A stretch of 64,000 nucleotides of DNA from Phycisphaerae bacterium (GCA_963666835.2 CAXXGO010000006.1:1664001-1728000); one strand, 5' to 3'. Positions 42,343 to 52,446 are shown, counted from the first letter of the stretch. The notes: generated by a model not told the origin, from the sequence alone. Numbers and translations are program-made.

Positions 42343-42667
42343 TGCAGTAGCATCTCCAGTGAAGTTGGGAGCTTGCCCGCGCTCATAAGGAAAGGAGGGA
42401 CATGTTTGCCAAGTGCGGGACAACTCTGTGGTTCGCGATGCGTGTTCATGTGTTTGAGGCTATTCATATCTTACGGAGAAGTGAAATGAAGAAGCTGTTG
42501 GCAAGTATAGGGATCACTTCGCTGGGTTCGTTGGGCCACCGCTCCGACGCGGGCTCGAGTAGGACCTATGCGGAGGGCGTTCAGCCCCCCCCCTTGATTT
42601 CCTGGAGCCGTACTTTCGAGGTAGGTCTGCCCGCTGGGTTGCTTCCTGGGTTCTCGCGGTAGCATCC

Positions 42668-43555
42668 ATGGTCTTCGGGCCGATTCTGCCTGCCGTGATG
42701 GCTGATGGGGGCGTTGGCGGTGATCGCTCTACCGACCCGCCCACTCTGTTTGATACACTGTGGGGATCCGCCGCTGACGATGACGCCGGGATGTTCATCG
42801 AGGACGGGGTCGTTTCGCTCACCCTGCCGGTCTACGAGGGCGAAGAGGTGGTGGACCTCGAGGAGCTGGATACGGCCCTGTTCGAGGTGCACTTCAGCGA
42901 AACATGGTTCGACGGCTCAGAACTTGGAGGCGACTTCCTGTATGAAGAGGTGGTCGAGGCGGGAGCGTTCACGCGCGAAGAGGAGACGTTCATTCTGGTG
43001 GTGACGAGAACTGAGTTCGTGGTGCAAACTGACGCCGGTGAGGTGCGTATGCAGACTTTCATGCCAATCCTACTGTGCGCTGATCTGCCCGAGGCCATTG
43101 AGTCTGCCGAGAGCCTCGCGGCGTACCGGCCCCCGCCTCCTGGAAGCGGAGAGAAGGAGCGGTTTCGTGAAGACGCCGCGCCGTGCATGGCAATTGCCCC
43201 GGCAGATGTCGGGGATCCTCTGGACCCGACCCCGACACGGGGTGGCGATTTCTGTCTCAGGAAGAAGCAGAGATGCAATAGCGTTGCCTGGAACAATTTC
43301 CAGGCGGAAGCATGGACGGCAGCCGGGGTAGGCATCGGGTTAGCTGCTACTTTGGCTGTTGGGTGTTGCGTTCTTACGGGCCCAATAGGCGCGAAATTGT
43401 GTATCGTCGGCGCGGTGGCTGCCGCGTCGGCTGTCACGGCATGCTACATCGAGTCAGCCCGATACACAATGATGGCAACGCAGACGTTGTGCGGGGACAA
43501 GTACGACGACTGTTGCCGCGACCACCCAGGAGTGTGTGGCAGTGTCCCGGACTGA
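42668..43555 (+). CDS. Putative secreted precursor with Cys-rich hydrophobic C-terminal domain (bacteriocin-like); N-terminus possibly frameshifted
   Basis: Acidic N-domain, Pro-rich linker ending RGG, about 100 aa C-domain with 10 Cys and Gly/Ala-rich hydrophobic hairpin. Confidence 0.6.
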   Translation: MVFGPILPAVMADGGVGGDRSTDPPTLFDTLWGSAADDDAGMFIEDGVVSLTLPVYEGEEVVDLEELDTALFEVHFSETWFDGSELGGDFLYEEVVEAGAFTREEETFILVVTRTEFVVQTDAGEVRMQTFMPILLCADLPEAIESAESLAAYRPPPPGSGEKERFREDAAPCMAIAPADVGDPLDPTPTRGGDFCLRKKQRCNSVAWNNFQAEAWTAAGVGIGLAATLAVGCCVLTGPIGAKLCIVGAVAAASAVTACYIESARYTMMATQTLCGDKYDDCCRDHPGVCGSVPD

Positions 43556-43937
43556 TCCTCCGCCCCGAGTCAGAAGGGCCCGAGTGTGGTCCGCTACCGC
43601 GCTCTCTGTATCGCCCCTTATCCTCTTGCTCGGGTTGGTGGCGAAGTGGGCCAACTTTGAGTTTTCACCTTACTGGTCGCTCCCACTCCTTAGCGTTTTC
43701 GTGCTCACGACGATTGGCGTGCAAATCAGGTATGAGTTTCGCGAGAAGGCCAAGGAGGCCGAAGGATACCGGCCCTGCAGTAAGTGCTCGTATGACCTGC
43801 GCGGTCAGCCGGACTATGACGTCAACGGCGCCCGGAAGTGCCCGGAATGTGGCACGATCAGCGAGCGCCCCGATTGGGAGCCGCGAATACGCGAACTCTG
43901 GCGGAACTCGACGCTCAGGCGCATCCTGAAGAAGTGA
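43536..43937 (+). CDS. Small 2-TM protein with C-terminal zinc ribbon
   Basis: Two TM then CSKCSYDLRG...CPECG; start uncertain. Confidence 0.7.
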   Translation: MAVSRTDPPPRVRRARVWSATALSVSPLILLLGLVAKWANFEFSPYWSLPLLSVFVLTTIGVQIRYEFREKAKEAEGYRPCSKCSYDLRGQPDYDVNGARKCPECGTISERPDWEPRIRELWRNSTLRRILKK

Positions 43938-44015
43938 AGATCGGACCGTCTGAGCCGGGCTGGCCGGGTCGAGGCACGAGAACTGCAACAGGCTCGCGCG
44001 ATACGTGACGGCTGC

Positions 44016-44313
44016 GGCAGGTCTCGTGCCTCGACCGTGCCCTACGGGTCGGGCGTGTTGTATGAAGGTCGAGCGTTCGGTGCGGTTTGAGAAGTTGCGG
44101 CAGGTCTCGTGCCTCGACCGTGCCCTACGGGTCGGGCGTGTTGTGTGAAGGCCGAGCGTTCGGTGTGGTTTGAGAGGTTGCGGCAGGTCTCGTGCCTCGA
44201 CCGTGCCCTACGGGTCGGGCGTGTTGTATGAAGGTCGAGCGTTCGGTGCGGTTTGAGAAGTTGCGGCAGGTCTCGTGCCTCGACCGTGCCCTACGGGCAG
44301 GGTGCCTGCGTTA
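44016..44313. repeat. REP-like cluster 4: 83-bp tandem unit, four REP copies
   Basis: REP at 44016, 44099, 44182, 44265; same unit as 40721-40833. Confidence 0.9.
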
Positions 44314-44423
44314 CGTGAACGACGCGGCCCTGCGGAATCGGCGGCATTATGCGAAGCGGCCCCGGATCGGGTTGACCCGGGGCCGCTATCATCAACGCAC
44401 GGTTTGTTACCGCGCCGGTTTTG

Positions 44424-46355
44424 TTACTTGCCGACGGCCAGCACCAGGCTCCGCGTTGCCTTCAGCTTATTGACGGCCTCGCGCAGACCGGCGAATTCCG
44501 CAGCCGAGACTCGCTCGCGGTCGATCGTAATCTCGCGGTGGAAATGCACGTTCTTGCCGTCGATCTCCACCGTCTGAACAGCCCGGCCCCAACGTCCGGT
44601 GATTGGCTCGAGCGATTCCGGCACGATTACGGCCTGCCACTCTTCCGGCAACTCGATCAGCAGGTCGACCTGCTCGTTCAAACGGCCGCCGATCCAAACA
44701 TCGCTCCTCCGCTCGGACGCCCCGAGCGGCAGCGGGATACTGCCCAAGAACGCCGGACCGTCGCCCAGCTTCAGCATGTGCCGCCCGCCGTAGGTCTCGA
44801 GCGCGTCCGCGGAGGCAACCGAAGCCGTGGCCTTGAACACCTTCTCCGACAGCTTCGCGACGGAATGGCTCGTGACGTCCAACCCGCTGAGAACGTGCCC
44901 GACCGTACCCGTAACCTGCGACTTCTGGGCGCCGGCCGTCTCCAGCCTCTTGGGAACATAGAACGCACCGGTTGCACGGATTCGCATATCGCCGGACGCC
45001 TTGCCGTCCTTGTCGATGGTGATTTTGCCTGCAATCTGAAGATCGCTCGGCTTCTTCTCGCCGCGGGCGTGAATGTAGTTCGTCACGAGCGATCCGGCGG
45101 CGTCACGCCCGATCAACCAGTGCCGTCCCCACGAGCCCGGATTCATGAAGACCCCGTGCTGCGGGTGCACGTACATCGGACCATCTTCAACATCCGCCAC
45201 GACTACGGCATCAATCCCGGAAGCAATCGGTACGACCTCGTCCGATTTGTCCCACGCCGCGGAGGGGACCCCAACCATGGCCGACGCGTCAATGCCCAAC
45301 GAACGCACCGCGGCCAGCAGCAATGCCGCCGACTCCAACCGGTTACCGTAGTTTGCCTGCAGAACGTCCGCGGCAGGGCGGCAGGACAGCCCGTGCATCG
45401 CCTTTGCGTCGCTTACGAAATTGAACGAGTCGTGGATCTTCTTGGCCAGCAGACGAACGCGCTCCGCCGCGTCCGGCTCGCCCTCAACGGTGGCCTCGGC
45501 AAACTCTTTAATCGTCCCGTTGCCCGCGCCGGCTTGGTTTACCCGGCCCGCGGTCGCTCGTTCCCAGGTCTCCAGATCCGCACAGGTTGTGAACCGCAGG
45601 CGCGGGCACTGCATCTGCCACACCGGGGCATGGTGCTCCGCGCGGGCTCCGGCAAGATCCTGCATCTTCCAGGCGTAGGTGGTAGCCGGTCCCCAGCCTA
45701 CCACCGTAGAGGTCTTTCCGAACTGGGCGCCCGGGTCGCGGTCTATCTGGTAATGGAAGGGGCCTTCGGTCGGCACGGTCACAGAGACTAGCCGCTCGAC
45801 AATCGGATACTCATCATTGAGCCGCACATCCCCTTCGAGCCAGGGCAACACTCCGGCCGGAGTCACGACTTCGTAGTCCAGCTCCAACACACAGTCGGCC
45901 TCTATTCCGCTGAATGACACGATCTGGTCACGCCATGCAGCGTACTCCGGCCAGCCCACAATCTCGTCCGGAGCGGCGATATTGAACGAGTAATCCGGCA
46001 CCGGCAGAACGGTACCGTCCGCCGTTGTAGTCTGCGCCTTGTGGATGATCAGCTCTTCCTGTTCATTCACGAAAGCGAGGCGGGGGTCGCCATACCGGTC
46101 GATCGGGCGAACGTTGAACAGCTTCACCCATTTGTGGTCCCGCCGCTGGACTGTGCCGTCGGTCTTGATCGTCCAATACTGCTCCCATTTGAGGATCACG
46201 GCGTCATCGCCGGGAAAGTCGGCCTGTTTGATGCTCAGATCGACCGCGCCCGCGTGCGCGGCGGCGCAACCGAACATGGCCGCCGCCAGGGTAAGAAAAG
46301 CCATCGCAAACGTGCCACACCGAAAGACCCTCATACTCAGTCTGCTATGCTGCAT
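44424..46355 (-). CDS. DUF3857/DUF3858 protein with degenerate transglutaminase-like domain
   Basis: Signal peptide; DAVIL, SFSGIE...VLELDY; PAADVL...YGNRLE (no catalytic Cys). Confidence 0.75.
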   Translation of the reverse strand: MQHSRLSMRVFRCGTFAMAFLTLAAAMFGCAAAHAGAVDLSIKQADFPGDDAVILKWEQYWTIKTDGTVQRRDHKWVKLFNVRPIDRYGDPRLAFVNEQEELIIHKAQTTTADGTVLPVPDYSFNIAAPDEIVGWPEYAAWRDQIVSFSGIEADCVLELDYEVVTPAGVLPWLEGDVRLNDEYPIVERLVSVTVPTEGPFHYQIDRDPGAQFGKTSTVVGWGPATTYAWKMQDLAGARAEHHAPVWQMQCPRLRFTTCADLETWERATAGRVNQAGAGNGTIKEFAEATVEGEPDAAERVRLLAKKIHDSFNFVSDAKAMHGLSCRPAADVLQANYGNRLESAALLLAAVRSLGIDASAMVGVPSAAWDKSDEVVPIASGIDAVVVADVEDGPMYVHPQHGVFMNPGSWGRHWLIGRDAAGSLVTNYIHARGEKKPSDLQIAGKITIDKDGKASGDMRIRATGAFYVPKRLETAGAQKSQVTGTVGHVLSGLDVTSHSVAKLSEKVFKATASVASADALETYGGRHMLKLGDGPAFLGSIPLPLGASERRSDVWIGGRLNEQVDLLIELPEEWQAVIVPESLEPITGRWGRAVQTVEIDGKNVHFHREITIDRERVSAAEFAGLREAVNKLKATRSLVLAVGK

Positions 46356-46526
46356 TATGTATTACCTCGTCTGGGCCCACCTGCGGGGCCAATGGGGTTA
46401 TTCCCTCAGCCTTCCCCGGGCTGCCGAGATGTAAACGGTAACCATGCTCCGTTGCCGTATTTTCTCACCGCCCGTTGATGGCTGGTTGCGTCTCATTCTT
46501 ACGCTTTCCGTTGGTCCGCCGGAGTT

Positions 46527-48572
46527 CTACCGCGAGGCGACTTGCGTATCCTCGTCACCCTCGGTGCATACGATCCAGTCGTTGGCGATCTTGTTCATGG
46601 CATCGACGGCCTTCTTGTATTCCGGATACTCGTCCGCCGGTACTTCGCCCTTCTTGAGCGTCAACTCGAACCGATAGGTCAGCTCGCCGTCGCCCGGCTC
46701 GATCTCGAACTTCATCGCCGCCGATTCGGAATCCATGCTCACGGGGTCCGGAGTATGTGCGATCTTCCAGCCGTTCGGCAGCTTGATCGTCTCCTCGTAA
46801 CGCAGCAGTCGAGTCGCCCAGAACCGCATAGTATACTTACGTTCCTTGGCACTGCCCGGGTCCATATGCGACGCTCTGAAGAACCGATTCAGCGGGTGGG
46901 ACATCAGCGGCAGACGGAACAGGTGCAGACCGTCGCCCCCGGCCGCATAGCCGTCCGCCGTCACCTTCATGTCGACAAACCCGTCTTGCGAGTAATCGTA
47001 CGGATCGATCATCTTAAGTCCGGAGACCCGAGCGTTCGGGGCGATGTTGATCGCTTCCTCGAAGGCGGCTTGGCGATCCGGGACCGGCATGCCGTTCACC
47101 GCCCGCCGCAGTCGGTTGTCGGCCGCTCCGTGCAGGTCAAACAACAAATGCGAAGAGAGCTTGCCGTCCGCGTCGATCTTCGCGTCGCTGCGAACGAATC
47201 GCATGTTGTACTCGGGCTCGTAGTGCGGCGAGAGGGTCTGATCCTGTCCCTCCGGCGTGCCGTATACCAGCCCCTGCAAGTCCTCGAAGCTCGACCACAT
47301 TCCCCGGGTCAGCGGCACCCACGTCGGGTCGAGGACCATGAAACTGCCGTCTTTGTTACGCATAACCGTGACCGTGTGGTTGAACTGGTCCGCCGGGACC
47401 CGCTCTACTCGCGACCCGGCCATGGTCAACGCCGGGTATACCTCGTGGCCGAGGACCCGCATCATGGTCACGGCCATGCCGGCCTTGTCCTTGCATACTC
47501 CGCCCCGGTCTCGGAACGTATTGATGCTCTTGTGCAGCGTGTATCCCTCGCGCGGGCCGCCCTGTTTGGTGCCGTAGTACCGGACGTGGTCAGCCACCCA
47601 GTGTACCACGGCCTCGATCTTCTCCATTTCGGTCTTTAGCCCCTTGGTCAGCTCGGCCACCTTCGCCCTGATGGCGTCGTCCGCCTCGAACTGCGGCTCG
47701 TTGACCTCGTAGAACCAGCGCGATTTGGCGTGCCAGTCTTCCAGGGTGGCCATGACCACCTTCGGAACGCAGTCATCCAAAGCGACCATCCGCGGCTCAC
47801 TCTTGACGGCCGGGATGTCCTCGGCCCACCACGAATGGACCAGGTAATCGCCGTCGAACCACAAGGACGACTTCAGTTCCCCGTTGTACACCTCATACTG
47901 GACCGGCATGTCTTTGGGCATATACACCGAATACCGCTTCTTGAGGATGGGGTTGTGACCCTGGAACAGCGTGACCTCATACCAGTGCCCGGCCATCGGC
48001 GGGATCAGGCCCTCGCCGGCGTCCCGGCCGCCCGCTCCGGCGCCCCCCCCGGAGTCGGCCAGGTAGGCGATGTTGAACCCGATTTTGCTCGTGCGAATCT
48101 CCAGAGAATCGCCGATTTCCAGCCGTGGAATCGCCAACAGGTGCTCGAGTCCCTCCCAGTAGATCATGTGTAACGCGGACGGCGGGGTGATGAGCGTCGA
48201 CAGGTCGACATCTTCAATAGTCCCGTCCTTGCGATGGATCCGCACGGCCTTGATGGTTACCCGGTAGGTGTCCGGGTCGAACTGCCATCGCAGCACCGAG
48301 CGCGAACGGACCCCGGCGTCCGTCAGGATCTTGATTACCTGACAGGCCTCGGTCGTCGCCAAGCCGCTTTTCTGAACGTAGACGTCCGCTTCGTCGAGCA
48401 CATAGACGAAGTCGGCGTTGTCGTAGTCCTTCGCTCCCTTAGCGGAAGCGATCATCTCCTTGATCTGCTCGTCGGTGGCCGGCTGCGGTGGCTCGGCCAT
48501 CGCCGGCACCGCGTACCATGCCATCAGTCCAAACAGCAGAACCCGTGTGGTCAAACTCATCGTTTTCTTCAT
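46527..48572 (-). CDS. DUF3857 plus transglutaminase-like domain protein
   Basis: Signal peptide; WVADHVRY, GVCKDKA (Cys), FNHTV (His), LDPT (Asp). Confidence 0.85.
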   Translation of the reverse strand: MKKTMSLTTRVLLFGLMAWYAVPAMAEPPQPATDEQIKEMIASAKGAKDYDNADFVYVLDEADVYVQKSGLATTEACQVIKILTDAGVRSRSVLRWQFDPDTYRVTIKAVRIHRKDGTIEDVDLSTLITPPSALHMIYWEGLEHLLAIPRLEIGDSLEIRTSKIGFNIAYLADSGGGAGAGGRDAGEGLIPPMAGHWYEVTLFQGHNPILKKRYSVYMPKDMPVQYEVYNGELKSSLWFDGDYLVHSWWAEDIPAVKSEPRMVALDDCVPKVVMATLEDWHAKSRWFYEVNEPQFEADDAIRAKVAELTKGLKTEMEKIEAVVHWVADHVRYYGTKQGGPREGYTLHKSINTFRDRGGVCKDKAGMAVTMMRVLGHEVYPALTMAGSRVERVPADQFNHTVTVMRNKDGSFMVLDPTWVPLTRGMWSSFEDLQGLVYGTPEGQDQTLSPHYEPEYNMRFVRSDAKIDADGKLSSHLLFDLHGAADNRLRRAVNGMPVPDRQAAFEEAINIAPNARVSGLKMIDPYDYSQDGFVDMKVTADGYAAGGDGLHLFRLPLMSHPLNRFFRASHMDPGSAKERKYTMRFWATRLLRYEETIKLPNGWKIAHTPDPVSMDSESAAMKFEIEPGDGELTYRFELTLKKGEVPADEYPEYKKAVDAMNKIANDWIVCTEGDEDTQVASR

Positions 48573-48967
48573 GGGGTTGTCCCTGTCGCTACCTTTCGAG
48601 ATCGCTCGCCCGATACGATACGCTCCCACTCCCCGCGTCTGCGCAAACAGCGGGCAGATAGGCAATCTAGCGGAAAACGACGAGTTTTTCCAATGACGGA
48701 GTGGACCTCGGTTCGGGGCACGGGAAACGTGTGAAGAGCCGACGGAAAGCGGCGGGCGAAGGTGTTGCGGCGGCCGTAGATCTTTCATCGCCCAGGGCGT
48801 TGGCCGGCGAAACGGGGGGAATCTCGCGACAGCGACCGCTCGCCGACCTGCACGGTGCCGCGGGTAACACCCCGATCGGTCTCCCGATCGCGCCCCGGGC
48901 AGCGCCCAGGCGACAAGATCATACAACTTGTCCGCCTCAGGTTCGCCCTTCGTCCGGTATGCCCCTC

Positions 48968-49516
48968 GTAGGGCACGGTCGAGGAACGAGACCTGCCGCA
49001 ACGCTCAACCACCTCCCTGACCGTAACACGCGACACAATCCCTACGGGTCAACAAGTTGACCCAGACCACCCACCAGATCCGGCGCCCTTCGTAGGGCAC
49101 GGTCGAGGAACGAGACCTGCCGCAAACACCCGCGGCCCACGAGACTCGCGTCGCGATTCGAGTCCCCCACCTCCAAAGAGGTGAGCCACCCGGCCAACGT
49201 GTCCGCCTTCGTGGCAGGTCTCGTACCTCGACCTGCCCTACAACCGCTACGCCACCCCGTAGGGCAGGTCGAGGAACGAGACCTGCCATCGACTGCTGCA
49301 AGCCTGCGCTACGCCCTTCGTAGGGCATGGTCGAGGAACGAGACCTGCCGCAAACACCCGCGGCCCACGAGACTCGCGTCGCGATTCGAGTCCCCCACCT
49401 CCAAAGAGGTGAGCCACCCGGCCAACGTGTTCGCCTTCGTGGCAGGTCTCGTACCTCGACCTGCCCTACAACCGCTACGCCACCCCGTAGGGCACGGTCG
49501 AGGAACGAGACCTGCC
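48968..49516. repeat. REP-like cluster 5: seven copies, inverted pairs, 228-bp direct duplication
   Basis: Forward 48968, 49092, 49259, 49320, 49487; reverse 49213, 49441; 49092-49287 repeats at 49320-49516. Confidence 0.9.
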
Positions 49517-49538
49517 GTGAGCTTCTTTCTCGGTCGGT

Positions 49539-49587
49539 AAAAAAGAGGAAGGCAGCGTATGACGTTGCCGCCACACGCTGCCTCCTC
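49539..49587 (-). terminator. Intrinsic terminator of the large Cys-rich gene
   Basis: GAGGAGGCAGCGTGTGGC-loop-GTCATACGCTGCCTTCCTC-TTTTTT on minus strand. Confidence 0.8.
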
Positions 49588-49640
49588 AAGGTTCGAGCCT
49601 AGAAAGAGCCGAAACCCTTCCTAGTCCGACTTACGTTCAA

Positions 49641-52277
49641 CTAGCGAACGCGCTTCACCTTCTGGATCTGGACAGCACCCTGTGCGTACAGAGCCATGTC
49701 CTCGAGGTTCAGACGTCCGTCGTTGTTGATATCACCAGCGGCCAGCTCACCGCGACCGTCGCGGATGAGTTCCTTCACGCTGATGTCGAGCACCGGCTCC
49801 GAAGCGCCGGCGGTCGCGTAACCGCAGCACCCGAGCTTGCTCTCAGCCATGAAGTTGGCGTCGATGAGATCGAAGTCGTCCACGTCCACGATGCCGTCAC
49901 CGTTCAGGTCGGCATTCGGGAACGAACCGTACGCACAGTCTTCGCCACACTCGGTGTTACCGGTGCCGTAATCCGCACCGATCTGCCACATGTAGACACC
50001 GAAGTCCAGAACGTCAACGTGGTTCGGGCCATTGTCGCCAACCTGATAGAAGTCCAGGTTACCCGGGACCAACCAGTTGCCGCCAATCAGCGGATCGCCC
50101 TTGAAGACGACCTTCCAATTGCCCGTAACCTCGTCGCACTCGATGTCGCTGAACGAACGCAGCGTATGGAGCGGATCACGCGCCTCGATGCACTCGAAGT
50201 TGCCCTTATCCACATCCAGCGTCGCCGTGCCGTGGTTCGGGAAGTTGTACGGCGGACCGAACGTGACTTCCGCGCAAACCGTCTGCGGGGCGGCGCAGTT
50301 GTAGATCAGGTCGAACATGATGCAACGCGTCAGAGCGCCCGGAACGACCGCCGGCGAGAGGTCAACCTCAACGTCCAGGGTCTGCTTGTCCGAAACATTG
50401 ACGGTCCAGACACACTCGGCAGTGCTCTCGCACTCATTCTCCGCGATGCAGTGGAAGTACGTCTTACCCTGCGGGAAGTTGCCACCGTTCATGATCATGT
50501 CCTGCGAAATCGGCAGGCCACCATCGTGCTCGGCAATGCAAACAACGTCCAAAGCGCCCAGGCACTCGTCCTCGGCGTAAGGCGGATCCCACAGAACCTC
50601 GGCATCGACAACGCCGCAGTCCACATTCACGTCGGCACCCTCGGGGCAGACGATCGTGACTTCGCCGTCGAGGACGATTTCCTCGCTGCAACCACAGTTG
50701 TCCAGCGGAACATTCGCACCGTGGTAGTCACCCAGCAGGGTGTTGTACGGGTTCTCGCTGATGAAGCACATACCACACGGGTCGCACTCGCCCAGCTTCA
50801 CGAACTCGATGCAGGCCATGTCGTACGGACCGACCGTGCCCGAATTCGGGGTCATCGCATCGTCAGCCGCCAGAACGGCGTACCAGATCTTACCGGCAAC
50901 TTCGTCGACCCAGGAGTCAACCTCCAGCAGGAACTGATCGTCACCTTCGCACGGTCCGATGCCTACGAACTCGAGACAGGTCGGATCATACGTCATCAGG
51001 AACTGACCACTCGTTACGATTGCGGAACCGGCACCCATGGAGACCGAAGCGATGACCGGGTCACCTTCTTCGTAGCAGACCCCGTCGAACTCGATACACA
51101 GCGGAGTCTCGAGGCTGCAATCGCAATAGCCGAACATCGGTGAGGACGTATCCTCGTTCTCGCAGAACCAGCCCTCGGGGCAATCAGCCAGCACGGTGCA
51201 GGGAATCATCTCGTCCGCCGGGAAGTCACCCGAACATGCCGTCGGATCGGCCGTACCGTCGCAGACGTCATCGATCGAGCACGGGTTGCCGTCATCGCAA
51301 ACCGTATCGGCCGGCAACGCGTTGTGGGCAACGTCACCGGTGTTAGGATTACAGATGTCCTCGGTGCAGATGATGCCGTCATCGATTGGCGTCAACGCAG
51401 CGCCGTCCGGATCGCAGCAGTCGGTCAGGACGTTGTACGTTGGTGTGTTGTGGCACATGCAGGTTTCGCACGTGTCTTCGGTGCAGTCATTGCCATCGTT
51501 GCAGTTGGCGTCGTCGAGGCACGTGCAGCAGGGTGTCGCGCACGTCTCGCCCGCGTAGAACATGTAGGCCTTGCCCGGATCGGTAAGAGCATCACATTCG
51601 GCTTCCGTGATACCGTCAGCGCAACCGAGGCCCGGGCCGAGGTTGTAGCAGCACTGGCCCGTGACAATCGTCACGAGACCGGTCGTGCGAACCAGACCCG
51701 GAATCAACTCGGCGATATCGTTGTTCAAGAACGTCTTCGACGAGTCCGGGTTCAACGTGATCTCGTACGTGCCCTTCGCGGCAGCCGGGATGTCCAGGAG
51801 CAGCGTAGCACCGTACTGGATAATACCCGGGTCGGGCGGGAAACCACCCATGCAGGTCGAACCCATCTCGTAGTCCAACGTGCCGACGAACACCGCGGCC
51901 AGCGGCGTACGGCCGAAGTACACGAAGTCCGTCCGGGTGGTGTCAATCCACAACCCGTCTTCGGTCAGCGGGTTGAGCGGACCAATGTCCGCGCCAACGC
52001 CGTTGCTGTACGAAGCCGCGCTATCCAACGTACCCTGATAGGCACCCAGCAGCGGCGCCCCGGGAGCCTCACCCCAACCGCTAACCTTCAACTCGAGCGT
52101 GACGGTAACACCGCCGGCCGGAATCAGAATCTCAGACGGCGTACCCGGCGTGCCCATGTTGTCGATGATCGTATACGTCCCCGACGACCCGACCGGCTGC
52201 CACCTGAGCTCTTGGCCACTAGCGCTTACCGTAAGCAGCCCAACAACCAAAACACAACACAACCTACTTGCTTTCAT
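49641..52277 (-). CDS. Large secreted Cys-rich surface protein (CDDGN.CT.D.C repeats, cohesin-like, HYR-like and dockerin/EF-hand-like domains)
   Basis: Signal peptide MKASRL...ASG; CNDGNDCTEDTC, CDDGNPCSIDDVC; QFLMTYDP..LEF; FPQGKT...C.A; ADLNGDGIVDVDDF, GDINNDGRLNLEDM. Confidence 0.78.
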   Translation of the reverse strand: MKASRLCCVLVVGLLTVSASGQELRWQPVGSSGTYTIIDNMGTPGTPSEILIPAGGVTVTLELKVSGWGEAPGAPLLGAYQGTLDSAASYSNGVGADIGPLNPLTEDGLWIDTTRTDFVYFGRTPLAAVFVGTLDYEMGSTCMGGFPPDPGIIQYGATLLLDIPAAAKGTYEITLNPDSSKTFLNNDIAELIPGLVRTTGLVTIVTGQCCYNLGPGLGCADGITEAECDALTDPGKAYMFYAGETCATPCCTCLDDANCNDGNDCTEDTCETCMCHNTPTYNVLTDCCDPDGAALTPIDDGIICTEDICNPNTGDVAHNALPADTVCDDGNPCSIDDVCDGTADPTACSGDFPADEMIPCTVLADCPEGWFCENEDTSSPMFGYCDCSLETPLCIEFDGVCYEEGDPVIASVSMGAGSAIVTSGQFLMTYDPTCLEFVGIGPCEGDDQFLLEVDSWVDEVAGKIWYAVLAADDAMTPNSGTVGPYDMACIEFVKLGECDPCGMCFISENPYNTLLGDYHGANVPLDNCGCSEEIVLDGEVTIVCPEGADVNVDCGVVDAEVLWDPPYAEDECLGALDVVCIAEHDGGLPISQDMIMNGGNFPQGKTYFHCIAENECESTAECVWTVNVSDKQTLDVEVDLSPAVVPGALTRCIMFDLIYNCAAPQTVCAEVTFGPPYNFPNHGTATLDVDKGNFECIEARDPLHTLRSFSDIECDEVTGNWKVVFKGDPLIGGNWLVPGNLDFYQVGDNGPNHVDVLDFGVYMWQIGADYGTGNTECGEDCAYGSFPNADLNGDGIVDVDDFDLIDANFMAESKLGCCGYATAGASEPVLDISVKELIRDGRGELAAGDINNDGRLNLEDMALYAQGAVQIQKVKRVR

Positions 52278-52446
52278 CTTCCGGACCTCCGATTCTCTTA
52301 ATGCGCAAGCGCGCATACCACGGAACCAACTCGGTCTGAAACGCACATCCAAGCTAAAGTCTGCCGGGGCAGCTCGGCCAAGCCCGAGCCACCATGAACT
52401 GCACACAAAACTACGAGTTAGCTAAACGGGCACTTTACTAGCCGTC

